From assembly GCA_002633005.1 (NCBI GenBank), contig NMRA01000498.1, positions 51,772-115,771 of the forward strand: a DNA stretch of 64,000 bases. Reading direction: 5' to 3'. The notes under the pieces were generated by a model that made no database searches, was not told the origin of the DNA, and worked only from the letters and a program-made list of their open reading frames with translations. A program made the position numbers and the translations under genes. The stretch's first letter is position 1, and each line of letters opens with the position of its first letter. Source of the DNA: Phoronis australis (Eukaryota > Animalia > Phoronida). Shown here in pieces: positions 25,187 to 37,705 of the stretch.

Positions 25187-26820
25187 CCGTAAACGTTCGG
25201 GTTAACGCCCATGTTCACTTAACCGCCCATCCCCTACTTTAGGTAGATTTTCGATTTAACCGCCCACTGCTCGGTTAACCACCCCTGTGCGACTTTTTTG
25301 AGATTTCCAGTTAAGCGCCCATCCCCGGCTTTTGGAGATTGATGATTACGTGCCCTGAGTGCCAAGGAAACACGCGATTACCCATTTTTAGATAAAAATC
25401 GATGATAACAAAGAGTGCAACGGCAGAGTCGGAGAAGGTGGTTTGGCAATGTGAATTATAATACAAGTAACAAATTATTGTCCCGGGTCATGGATTTGCT
25501 TCAAAATGTAATACGTTGAAGGCTTTGTCACTTTAATTTCTTCTCATGCTTGCAAATTTAAGTTAAGAACCACACCCGCATCAATTACCTCCACTTTCAG
25601 CCAGGCTGTCTGCCACACTGAGTTCCCGACTGCAGTGCACTACATAAAACATATATTCGAAATAATCAGGCCAGTGGTTTTGCCAACCCTCTCAATGAGC
25701 TTTAGGTTGGACGCTCTTGGAGTTTCAGGAATTCCCATAACTCCCGAAAAGGTGTCAAATTCTCCCTATTTTGATGAATGTATCGAGGATGTCAGTCTTT
25801 CGAGTACTGGTAAGGACGCATTGCCGGTTAGATCTCATCACTAGTTGCATAGCAAACCAGAGGTGCCGATTACCGAAATAATTGGGCTTTACCTACGAAT
25901 TATTTTACCGACGCCGTGCTTGCAGAGGAACTAATTTTCCCAGTCAAAGTCATTAGTATTTTTTAAAAATAAAATCTTAAGCAAATACTTGTTCTTGAGT
26001 AATGCCATTGCGGTAACCATGTTTTGATTGACAACTGCCTCGTGTCTGCTTGCCTCTGGTTTTTGTCGTCATTGCGTGTTTTACCTTACAGAAAGTGAAC
26101 GGCGCCGGGATAAGACAGCCGCATGTAAACCATTATGTTAACAATTCATTGAGTCACGGAGTCTCGAACATGAGAATCGCAAGCCCCCAAAACAAGTCTG
26201 AATTATATTACAACTAATTTTAAAACTGCTCTTTGACTCAGAACTTGGACAGCTAGCAGTCGGGACTGTAACCATAAGTTTAATCTATGCTCTGACCTCT
26301 GCAACACGTGAAGCTTGCACGCGCGCACTAATCAAATGGGTCAGCACGTGACCACAACTGGGTTAAAATGACAACGCAGCTACCGCCTACTATGCAGGTG
26401 AACATGTTCACCAATGTCTGCGAAGTATAGTCAAATGAAGAGTAGAATTCGCAAGTACCGGTAATCGTTCTTATCTGAGGCGCTGAATTCTGCAGCACGC
26501 TCTCTGTGCAAACGTTTGGAATTAGACCACAGTCCACAAATTTGAAACTGTGTGTTAGTTAGAGTGGGCAGGGTCCGCATTTCGTGACGATAAAGCTCTT
26601 TGCAAAGTGTTATGCGTTCCCCAGACTACGTTAGGGACTCAGATCATGAGGTAAGATTAACCACCCAGGGCGGTTGTCTGTCGTAATAAGCGCCCATGTT
26701 CAGTTAACCGCCCACCCGCGACTTCTTGACATTTCACGTTTAAGCGCCCATGTCTGGTTAACCGCCCATTTTTGGGTTCGCCAATTTAACCGCCCAGGGC
26801 GTTAACCCAAACATTTACGG
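25187..26820 (+). mobile_element. Tc1/mariner/pogo-type MITE, TA TSD
   Basis: TA|CCGTAAACGTTCGGGTTAACGCCC...GGGCGTTAACCCAAACATTTACGG|TA; subterminal TTAACCGCCCA repeats; related to 60582-62309. Confidence 0.9.
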
Positions 26821-27559
26821 TAAGTCTACTAAATGGTTCAGAATGACTTACTGTTTTAGTGAATAACACGCCCATTGTGTGAAAAAAACACCTGCCAAGG
26901 ACCATAAAATTACGGCGTTTTCCTGTTGCTCCCAACTTGTTTGATTTTATAGCCCAACAACAAGTTGGGAAGATGACCCCTGCAGACAATATCTCACACG
27001 ACTGATTAACTCCATTCTGGCATTTATGGTAGGAAGGCCAGCTCTCTTTTGTTCGATTACTGCTCTAATCTCCAAAGATCGTATCTAGCCTGACTGGGCT
27101 GTGCTGTTAAAAATAAAAGTTAAGTTATAACAGATTTGAACATAAAAAACTAGCATTTGTGAAATCCTCTTCAAATGGTGATCATGTTTAGTTTTTGAAT
27201 TGCCAAAATTGATAACTACAACGAAGTTACGATAATCAATTTTTTCTGAATGTACCAATTCGCTCTGGGCTTGACTGTTCACATGTGGTCTGTAATAAGC
27301 CTGGTAGATAATTGGCCTGCTTGTTGTCATACCTGACAAAAGACTGTGCTTGGCAGTTACAAAGAAGCTAGATGTTATCACACGCTCACAACCCTCTATG
27401 TCTGGTTAAGTCACTGAACGGGAAAACGCCATCATGGTCCAAATTCTGCGACAAAGGGAGTATGAATTTTTAATGGACTCCTTCCCTTAACTTGGATGAC
27501 TGACATCAAAGATGCATCATCAGGTGACAGAAAGAAGTTGTAGTTATCAAAACAGGGTT

Positions 27560-27915
27560 TAGTGTCATATTAATAAAGATCCTGCATAGGGTTCTGGATA
27601 TACAGCTATATACCCAAAAATAAAACTGCTACTAGTAATCGTCACAATAGTCTGAGTCATCTGAAAACCATAATCTTTGCATTAAAAACACGCCAAGCAT
27701 CCTTATAGAGGTTTGGCTGATAGAGAGACCGACGCAAAAACAGACTAGAAAACAGTAGAAAAGGCCGCTAGATGGCGCAAAATATGTCCATCTGAAAACA
27801 GGAAAATATCATCGTTTCTTTTATTTACCAATAAATGAATTGCCACAGCTTTTGTAGGCTCCGTTCGAAAGTAGTCGTCATCATCTGTTGTCAATTTCAT
27901 GTGAATACACTTGAT
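27560..27915 (-). repeat. HINE internal-array fragment
   Basis: GGCCGCTAGATGGCGCAAAA and related unit sequence. Confidence 0.6.
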
Positions 27916-29434
27916 CTCCATGATAGCAAGTAGCAGCATATATTAATAAAAACAATGGTTTTAAAACGGAATGGCATGTTTTGGTGTCACTTATTTAAAC
28001 ACCATCATCAGAAGAAGATAGAACATAGTGGCCACCTACCTATACCCAGATAGCATCACTACGTTGGGCCGACGTCGCCATTCGTTGGCTCGAGGTCGAT
28101 TGGTCGCGGTCGGTTTTTTGACGTTGGTCCGACGTTGGTCGGCGGTCTACGAGATGCAGCTTTTAAAAGCCTGTTTTGCACTTCCAAGTAAATTTGACGC
28201 TTGCGATGTTATTTTTTTATAGTCACAGTGTGTAAGTCAACCTGTTTGTCCTACTTTGAGTATTGTTCAGTCTTGACGTCGGACCAACGTTGGCTCAGCG
28301 TCGGGCACGTTTGACGTTGGGCCGACGCGGGTGCGACGCGGTGCGAGAAATCATATGTGGTGCTGAGTCCGACGTCGGTCCAACGTCGTGTCGTGTAAAA
28401 AGTGTAGGCTCATTTAACTATAGGCGTCAAATTGAAAAAGGAAAATTAAAAATACGTCTGTGATTCAGAAAAATATTTACTGCCGTGCATAAGTCAGTCT
28501 ATTTGTCCTTCTTTGAGTATTGTTCAGTCTTGACGTCGAACCAACGCTGGCTCAGCGTCGGGCAGGTTTGACGTTGTGCCGACGCGGGTGCGACGCCGGG
28601 TGCGAGAAATCACTGCCGGGTTGTGCTGAGTGTGACGTCGGTCCAACGTCGGTCCGGCGTTGTCAAAGTGTAGGTCCATTTCAGAGTCAAATTGAAAAAG
28701 GAAAATTAAAAATCCGTCTATGATTCAGAAAAATATATACTGCCGTGGCAATATGCAAACATTTCATTCCAGCCGGAGCCCAGCGGCCCGCCGGGGGCGG
28801 GGCCGGGCCCCGCCCGCTGCCGGTCTTTGTTCGCTCTACGCTCGTGAGTCGTTTTCGTCACATCAAATAATTGTAGTCATTGGTTAAACACTCTCTAATT
28901 TCCAAACAGTGTCATTTTCCACAGAATTTGCCATCTTTCAAACTGTTCTCGGCACGCGGGAGTGGCCGCTGAGGGCAGTAAGTTAACTTTTCTTCAACAG
29001 GTGTCGCTGACCAGCTAACCGGAAACTGAGTTTAAGCGCAAAACCGTTAAGCTGTTCACATTTTCAGTATCCATTTCATACATTTACGTCAGCCTGTGAG
29101 GTAAGTAGATATCTAGTTTATCCTCGTAACTGCAAAACGTGGTTTCTTGTGCTTAATCAACAGCTGATTTGATGATTTAAGAATTAAATTTCTGTCCTGA
29201 TCTGACTGATCAGATGAATCAATTTTCAGTGTCAGGCAGTGCAGTGCTAGTGCAGTAGCCAGCCAGATTGCTGTGGTCGAAAATATTGGTGATCATAGCA
29301 GTTTCATCCACGCCAAAAACATGTCTGCTACTTATTGCTTGTCTGGTTCTCAAAATCAGGGACCACTAATTTCTAAATTCAATTATTCTACTGCCAGTAC
29401 CCAGATTGTGTTGTGATTATGGTTATGCAGTGAG

Positions 29435-29810
29435 TAGGGAGGACAATCAAAAAGTAGGTCACGGTGCTCCATATCTGCCTCCATGTAAAACCCACGTCGG
29501 TAAATTACCCGATTTCAGACTTCAAAGTTAACTATAAGACAATTTTGTGTTATAAATCGTTACCTTCTCAATGAGACGAATCTATTTATATGCAGCACAT
29601 GTATATTCTCTTATTTTTTACGAAATTATGTAAAAAGGCAGATATTTTACGCATAATCGTCGCGTTTCAACGGCCATTTTCTCGTCAACCGTTCATCCAA
29701 TTTTTCTGATTTTTGCACCATTTCATTTTTCACACCAAGGGCTTTTCAAAAATGTATGACTTATGGGTATTGTTATGTAAAAAAATGTAAAAAAAACGTT
29801 GTCCTCCCTA
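29435..29810. mobile_element. MITE nested in CACTA-like element
   Basis: TIR TAGGGAGGACAA; direct flanks CAGTGAG (7 bp; alternatively 13-bp TIR with 5-bp AGTGA). Confidence 0.85.
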
Positions 29811-30916
29811 CAGTGAGACTGTAAAGCCGAAATATCATAGCCATGGCCCATGCATGAGAGCTTGTTTCGATATCTTAGATCGTACCTCAGATATATCCCA
29901 TGAAAATGGGAGTACTGAATAAGATATTATGTAGCTCTGGACGCTTACATAGATACGCCATAAATTTGGCAAGGTTTGCTATCTCGCCACTCCGTAGTCT
30001 ACGTACGTGACAAGTGGGTTGTCAGATTGATTGTTGTGAATGGCTACAGCTTGACTTTCGATTGGGATTAGAGTGACCCCGATTGAAAGGCATGTGTGTC
30101 ACACACTGGTAAGATTGCACTACAAACATCGACTGAACTCAGTGGAATTTACTTGATTGAGTAAATTTAAACTTCAAAGCATGCGAAAACGGAAAAGAAG
30201 AAAGTTGCAATGAAGTTGTTAGCTCACAGATCTTCGCATGACAAGTCCAGTCAGTGTTCTCCACAGCTGAAAGTTGAAACTCGACTGGAGTTATATAATT
30301 CATGTATATGTTCGAAAGCTCCTGTAAATACTGTGGGAAGTTATTGTAAGCATTGGAATGTGTATTGACCTGGTTCCAAAAATTCAAAATGTTGTAGTTT
30401 GGTTGAGAAATTACTAATCTCTCGTTACACTGCACTACAAACTTATTGCATAGGTTTTCAAACTTTTCACAAGTACCGGTAAGCCAAACTCATCATGACA
30501 AAATTTAAACTCTGTGCAGTGACAAGTCAACACAGTTTGTGGAGTCTCTGTTATTGTTGCTGACTTTTTCTCATATCATCTCTGTTCAGACAAGTAATAA
30601 TACAACGTATGGACACAACATATCCAGAATCAGAGACTAGTTTTAATAAACAACTTCATTAAAATGAAATTAAAAGGCAAATTTGATTTTCATAACACAT
30701 TAAAACCGCAATCCTAAACAAATATATAGTTTATTTATCTTTTTCGATGACATTTATAAGCTTGTAACGCTTACAAGGGTGATACAGGATTTATCAATAT
30801 TGCATTCCCAGGCCAAGGAGAGCCATAGCAATTCGACTTGCTCGTGGAAGAACAATGAAAAGACGTGCTTATGACTATTTTAACATGTTATTGATTGGTA
30901 CTCATTGTGTTTCAGA

Positions 30917-31114
30917 ATGTATGCTGATGTGTATTTCACTGATGAGGGCAGTGTAGAAGTAGTTCCCAAGTGTTGGGTTTGTGCGAAGGGAGATGATTGC
31001 AAACTGCCACCCTCAACTCTTGGAAAGCGAAGTAACTTTTAAAGGTGGCAGAACAGAAGAGATAGCCTGAGGTGGACTGGGTCTTGAACCATGCAGAAAT
31101 TAAATATGCTACTG
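30917..31114 (+). pseudogene. First coding exon of CACTA accessory-protein-like gene, decayed
   Basis: MYADVYFTDEGSVEVVPKCWV...CKLPP motif typical of animal EnSpm ORF2 N-termini; TTTCAG acceptor and GTAAGT donor. Confidence 0.6.
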
Positions 31115-32483
31115 GTAAGTAAATTTCCTGCTCCTCAATAGTTTCCTCATTGTTGTAAAATGTGAAAATGTTTCAACCTCTGTAATTATAGCTGTGAAAA
31201 AGTTGAACAATAAACTCTGTAATGCTTAGCTTCGTCAGTTGTACTTTTTAATGACGTCATTTTTTTAGTAATTACATATAATAGGACACTTTTGTTTGAA
31301 ATTTAAAGATGCAAGTTAAAGGTGGCAGAAACTGAAGATCAATTGAAATGATGGCTGAAGTGCTGAGCTGAAGTATGCTGGCGACAGAGACGGTGACAGA
31401 AGATAGGAGGCAACAAACAGGTAAACAACAATGTTATAGTTTTCAAAATTGATGAATTGGCAAATCTTTTAAACACCTAGTCTTTCTAGCATTGTGAACA
31501 AAACTGATTTTTTCAACTTTTATTGTAATGTTCCTTAATATAGAGTTTAGCTTTTCATACAAGCTAAACCTAAAATTAAACGTTCTGAATATGAAACCAA
31601 ATACCTAAACATATGTTTTTCATGAATTTGCTTTGTAGTGAATTTAAAACTTACTTTCATGTATTTTTGCAATTTGCAGGGAAAGCTGTGCATGTTTCAG
31701 ATTATGTCCAAGAACTTGGTAGTGACGATCAAGATACAGATTGATTCTGCAGTGCATATTAACTTGGGCCTTCTTGTATAAAGGTTTAAATGGGAGTACT
31801 TCTTTATGCCTGATTAAAAATATTTTGTATTTTATTTAACTTGCAGATGGCATCTTAATTTCGTATTGATATGTTTCAATCTGGTCAAATTTAACATTCT
31901 GTTAAGTCTTTTTAAAAGTTTATACTGCTTGGGCCTGAGTTCTTATGAAGACTGTGTTGAGAGACATCTTCTTCAACTTACGTTAAATTCTTAGACAGTT
32001 GAAAGAAATGCATTGTTACAGTAAATGTTAAAATTGCTTTAAATTCCAGTGCTCTATATTCCATAGCTTGATTAACATTCAGCTTTTCACTGAAATGTTT
32101 AGGGTTAATTATTTGCCAGTTCGATGTTCATTTAGGCACATAATTGTATCTTAGTTTATTGATTTACATCTCATGTCCTGTGTTTTTCATAGTGCCCCAT
32201 GGATCCCTGTTTAAGTATCCTTGAAAATGTTTGTGTTGTATTTTACCAAATGTTTGGCATACTCATAATTCTTGTAGTCATAATTACAGTAAGTTTGTTG
32301 ATTTGCTCGTATTTCTCTACTTGATGTCCTGCAATGAAACCTTAATTACTGGAAAGCTCACTTTGCCAACTACTACCCTTATGGAACAATGATCAATTTT
32401 ATTTTTTGTTCCAAACGTAGTTTTGAGTATTTGATATGTAAACTCAGGCTTTGTAATGAGCATTATTTTTTTAGTCTAGTATT

Positions 32484-32711
32484 CATGCGCGCACCCAGCC
32501 AAAATGGGGGGCTCGAATTTGATTCAGGGGTACGTTCAGAGCTATGAATTTTGCTTTCCTGGAATTTTGGTTATTCCTGCCTTTTTAGTGGACTTTTGTT
32601 TTCTACTTTTTTCGATATTGTTGTTTCTACATGGCTGACATTTTTGCCCACCCTATGAAACGGAAAGGGGGTCGTTTGAGCCCCCGAGCCCCCCCCCCCG
32701 GTGCGCGCATA
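32484..32711 (+). mobile_element. Small MITE, CATGCGCGCACC TIR
   Basis: Right end GGTGCGCGCATA; TSD GTATT; related inverted copy at 41223-41446. Confidence 0.75.
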
Positions 32712-33969
32712 GTATTTATTAAGTCTTAAGCTCTATGGGTGAAGTGTTTGTTTCTCCTACAGTGTAATGATAATGTTAGCAGTTTTCATGAAAGTCACTA
32801 CGCGAGGCTTGCCACAAATTTACCTATTCAAGGTCATAATACGATATTTGCATCTTTGAAAGTTATCTACTGTGTAAATAGTTTATTTTTATGATTTACT
32901 TCATCATTTACCATTTTTGGTATTCATCGTTTCTGGTATTGATATGCTTTAATAAAATGCTTAAAGAACACAGGAATGCCTTTAATGACATACTGCATGC
33001 TGTGCATATCCTGATGTACAATCGGAGCATTGTTGTCGCCACCAGTTGGATGGGTGGCCCTGACTGTTCTTAACATGTTCTCGACTGTTTACCAACGTGG
33101 AACCTACCTGCGACTTTTTAACCACGTGCGTTTTCCGATTGCTCCCATAGATGACATACTGATTTAATCGTTAAATCAGTACATGTATGTCCTCTATGGG
33201 AGCAAGCGGGAAAACCAGGTGGCTGAAAAGTTGAAGGTCGGTGCGACGTTGGCAAACGGTCGCCTCTAAGTTGGTGCGACGTTGGCAAACGGTCGCCTCT
33301 AAGTTGGTGCGACGTTGGCAAACAGTTGCCTCTACGTTGGTCCGACGTCGGTAAACAATCGCTTGCAGGGTGGCGGGACGTTGATAAGTGGTCGGAATTG
33401 AATTGGCGCGACGTCGGTAAAGGGTCGTATTTCCGCCGTCGGGCCCAGGTCGTACCGTCGTCGGTTATTAGTTGGCAGTCGGACCAACGGCGGGTCATTG
33501 GCGGCCCGACTGCGACGTTCTTACGACGTTGTTACAACGTTCATCCGATGGACAAAATCACGTTGGTCCGACGTCAGACACCAACGTTGGCCCGACGTAA
33601 CGTGAGTCGTCGGACCGACGTTGGACCACCGACAGCATGCTATCTGGGTAGCTAGGCCCAGCAACAAGTGATGAAACACAGACACAGTCAGTTACAGGTA
33701 GTGACAATAAACTAGACCAACAATGACAACCTGTGGTGTGCCAGTTGCCTATTGAGATTTTGGCTAGCACCAACTAATGTGTCAAGCCTAAGGAAGTTTA
33801 AGCTCCTTTGTTGTTTCTGCTTGGTCTATTATAGCAAAGTCATTGACAGTGCATTGCTGATAACAATGATTGGAGCTCTTTTACTAGATGAATATTTATA
33901 TGTGAACCTCTGACAGAATTTAGATGTTCTCTGGTCCTGATTTTCAAATGGCGAACAGTTTCACCTATA

Positions 33970-36900
33970 CAACTAGAGCCACATCCAGCAGAGATAAATT
34001 GTACACTTCCCTGGACCGTAGTCCCATAGGAATTTTGTCCTTAAGGTTAAATAAATTCCGACAATTTTAGAGACTGATGAGTGACAACGAAACATGTCAA
34101 GCCGTTTAAACCCCGTTGTTGTTTATATTTAATAAATACACTTGTCGAATTTTAGAAAGATCCTGAAAAAATGACTTCTACCAGGAGGCACCACTGTAGT
34201 CAAAATCTTCCGAAAATCATTGTCAAATGTCTCAGTAGGAACATGTATGACCCAAAATCATACTTTGCATGGTTAGTCTGATATAGGAGCAGAAGCCAAA
34301 AAATAGACTCGAAAAGAGTAAAAAGGACTACTTAGGTGGTAAATGAAAAAAATAAAATTGCCACTAAGGGCACATCAGTGGTCGGATTTGTCCAAATATT
34401 CAATCATGCCATTCTATCCACGAAAGAAACATGTCTCAAAATTTCGTGAACGGACATCAAAGAGTTTTTGGAGATTGAGTCCAAAATACGTTAAACGCCT
34501 CCGAAAATGGGAGGCTGTCGTCTCCCAAACAGAATTTTTTTGCAAAATTTCATGAAAATCCATCAAGGAACTCCAAAAAGTAGACAAGTTTGAAAAAAAA
34601 TGCCAATAGCAAGTACAGCTGTAGTCCTATCTGTCAGTGTTGTCCAGTTACTAGGATAGACTTGCCAATCCCCTGCAATAGATCTTGCATTGAGATTTAA
34701 AAGATACAACAAGAGCAACGCGAAGCATTAAAATATGCCCTGGTCAGCACCGTAAGTGGTATGTTTTTATAGAGTTTATTAGTACAATAAAATTGGCCAT
34801 TAGGTGGTACATGTCAAATGCCATTAGAAGGCACAGCAATACTTAAATCCGTCCATGTGTTGTAACGTAAATAGGAACAGATTGGATAAACTGTGATGTT
34901 GCAAAGGGGTTTAGCACATATAGCCACGCATACAAAAATAATGTCACTAAGGGAAACAACACTTGTTGGACCCATGTGAAAGTCCATGCCACTCATGCTC
35001 ATGTCATTAGGAACACATCTGCCAGTTTTCATAATGATCCTCACAGCAGTTTAGCGAATAAAGAAGCAGAGAGCAAAACAGCAGACCCAGAAATAATTGG
35101 CATGGCCACTTGGGGGTGCAGAAAAAGTTGAATACATCATAAACTGTAAAGGTGTTGTCATCTTCACAATAAAAAAAATTCTTTGCCAAATTTCAAGAAC
35201 AAAAGCAACGTGGAGCATTGAAATGCACCCACGAATGCATCGCTAATGGTGTACTTCTGCGGTTGTATATTTGCATCATAAAAATGGCCACTAGATGGCA
35301 CAAAATACATTGAATCCATCCGAAAAAGGGAACATGTCATTGCTTCTTTAATAGAAACCTTTTTACCATTATTATTTCATAAAAATCTATCAAGGAAATT
35401 CAGAGAAGAAAAGGAAAACAGAAAAAAAATTGCCACAAGGGTGCACAGCGTTTGCCAGATTCATTATGAGATATAGCCATGGGCAAAAAAAAATACCATT
35501 AGGAGGCGCCACAATAGTGGAAGTCATCAGAAAATCATCGTCACCCATCCACTTCATAGTAAAAAGATACATGCCAATTTTCACAATTATCCTGGAAGCG
35601 GTTTGGTGAGACGAGTGGACGTCAAAAAACATACTCGAAAACAGTCGAATCCATCTGAAAACGAAGAGATATCGTCACCTCAATAACAGATGCCAGCATG
35701 CCAAATTTTATGAAAATACGTTGAGGACCTTTGAACATACAGAGGTAAACGTAAAAAAATGAAATTGCCACTAGGTGGCACACCAGTAGTCAGATCCGTC
35801 CAAAAATTGTTGTCGTCCGTTGTCAACATCATATAAATACACTTACTAAATTTAGTAAAGATCCTTCGAACGGTCTAGAAGATACAGCCATAGGCGCAAA
35901 AAAACAAAACTGCCACTAGGAGGTGCCACAGTAGTCAAAATCGTCATCGTCAGAAAATCATCGTCAGCTGTCCACTTCATAGTCAGAACATACCTGGCAA
36001 TTTTAACAATCATCCTTTGAGTGGTTTGGTTGATAGCGGGGTGGACACAAAAAGCAGACTCGAAAACAGTAAAAATGGCCACTAGGTGGTGCAAACTACG
36101 TTGAATCCATACGAAAACAGGAGAACAGCATCATCTTACTAATGGGTGACTATATACCAAATTTTATGAAAATCCGTTCAGGACTTTTGAGGATACAGAC
36201 TGAGGTAAACGTAAAAAAGTAAAATTGCCACTAGGGGGCACACCGGTAGTCAGATCCATCCGAAAGTTCTCTCATGCCGTCCCATTTACGAAAGAAACAC
36301 ATGTGTAAAATTTCATGAAGATACGTTAAGGCGTTTTAGAGAGCAGTGGACGCCGGATGGGCGCATAAAAATGTACAGGAAACTATGAACTGTGGAATGC
36401 TCATGCTCACATATATTAACAAAATACTGGGCTTTCACAATTTCTGAATGAAAAACACCAGTGTCCTGGGGTGAGTACACTCTCCTTGTGCAGCCTAGCC
36501 ATAGCTTATCATAGGCACTTGAGTACACACAACCTATTTTAATAGGATAATTGGCTTGTGGGCTGACCTGGCCTAGCACAGAATAAGGGTTAATAGCCTA
36601 TGTCCCAATTTTCACAATCATTCTTAGAGTGGTTTGTTTGATAAAGGAACAAACGCCAAAAACCAGACTCGCAAACAATAAAATGGCCACTACGTGGAGC
36701 AAAATGCCTCGAATCCATCTGAAAACTGAAGTATAACATCATCTCACTTATCTGCCAAATTTTAGGGAAATTCCTTGAAACCTTTGAAGATACAGAGGAA
36801 AATGAAAAAAAATAAAATTGTCACTAGAGGGCACACCTGTTAAGTTGGCTACATCGAAAGTTCGCCCATGCCATCCCCATACAAGAAAGAACCCGTATAA

Positions 36901-36996
36901 AATTTTATGAACACACATCAAAGAGTTTTGGACATAGCACAGCAAACGTCGGATGGTTGGACGGACAGGGATGACGGCATAATGTGGGCATAAAAA
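33970..36996 (-). repeat. Cluster of HINE copies (one near-complete at ~35198-36370)
   Basis: AACAA(G/A)AGCAACG starts at 34708 and 35198; GGGCGCATAAAAA / GGGCATAAAAA ends; CCACTAG units. Confidence 0.8.
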
Positions 36997-37290
36997 TTAA
37001 ATAATGTCCTCTTTCTATTTTACAGCCAAGTGATAACCCATGATAACAAATTCATGTTGGAACGAAACATGTCAATTGGCAATCCAACAACAGAGAATAT
37101 CAGTTCAGTATCATCGCTATGTAGTGCATGTAGAAAACAGATAGCACAGACTGTGATTCTCTTACAAATTTGTTGTAGGTGAAAAGCTACATGCTAAGCA
37201 GTAATAAAGCATGAGCATGTACTTCCAAACAAGCATTAAGCTCTCAAGTTGATGCCAAGTTGTGCAACTCCACATAGCACTGCCTCTTAC

Positions 37291-37444
37291 CATGTTCCCG
37301 TTTCAGGGGACTCGTCTGCTCTGCCCCCTTCAGCTGCTGGCCCCCTTCTCCACTCTCTGCATCAGGCTTCCTTGTCTTCAGTTCCTTACTCAACTTCTGA
37401 GCTTTGTGAGGACAACTGTTTGGCCGACTGTCCATCACTTTAGC
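37291..37444 (-). pseudogene. KMT2C: KMT2C-like exon following the HMG box (second paralogous copy)
   Basis: TTTTTCTTAAG acceptor and GTAAG donor; open frame AKVMDSRPNSCPHKAQK... weakly resembles QKARDNRAALRINKVQ; lies directly downstream of the HMG fragment. Confidence 0.5.
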
Positions 37445-37609
37445 CTTAAGAAAAACAAAAAGACTAATAAGGACTAAGGTAAATGCTCTTCAACATAGTG
37501 GGAGAAGTTTGTCAAAAAGAGTGTTTTGTACTTTTTTGAAAAAGCCACAAATTATGGACCATCTATTAAATGATTCACTCAGGTGTAAACTGACATTCAC
37601 AAGAGTATT

Positions 37610-37705
37610 AGCTTGGCGATCTGCTTTGATCGTTCTGTCCACTCACGGTACTCTGTCTTCAGATCAGGTTTGCATATAACATGGGGGAGACGGTGGTTTT
37701 GTCAC
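37610..37705 (-). pseudogene. KMT2C: Second, truncated copy of the KMT2C-like HMG-box exon
   Basis: CTTACAG|GT GAC AAA ACC ACC GTC TCC CCC ATG TTA TAT GCA AAC...WTERSKQIAK; similarity to 489-800 continues into the intron (37706-37870). Confidence 0.85.

Larger units (their letters stand above)
28045..33648 (+). mobile_element. CACTA/EnSpm-like non-autonomous element (CCC termini, 2-bp TSD)
   Basis: Perfect 12-bp TIR CCCAGATAGCAT; TA on both flanks; subterminal ACGTTGGTCCGACGT arrays at both ends; 257-bp tandem duplication ~28232-28745. Confidence 0.88.

Noticed and set aside
26930-26969. 12-bp inverted repeat hairpin TCCCAACTTGTT/AACAAGTTGGGA
   Set aside because: Isolated, with no TSD or second copy; a terminator-type call is meaningless here.
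33230-33630. CRISPR-like palindromic repeats (also 28060-28680)
   Set aside because: No unique spacers and no cas genes; they are subterminal repeats of the TIR element 28045-33648 in a eukaryotic context.
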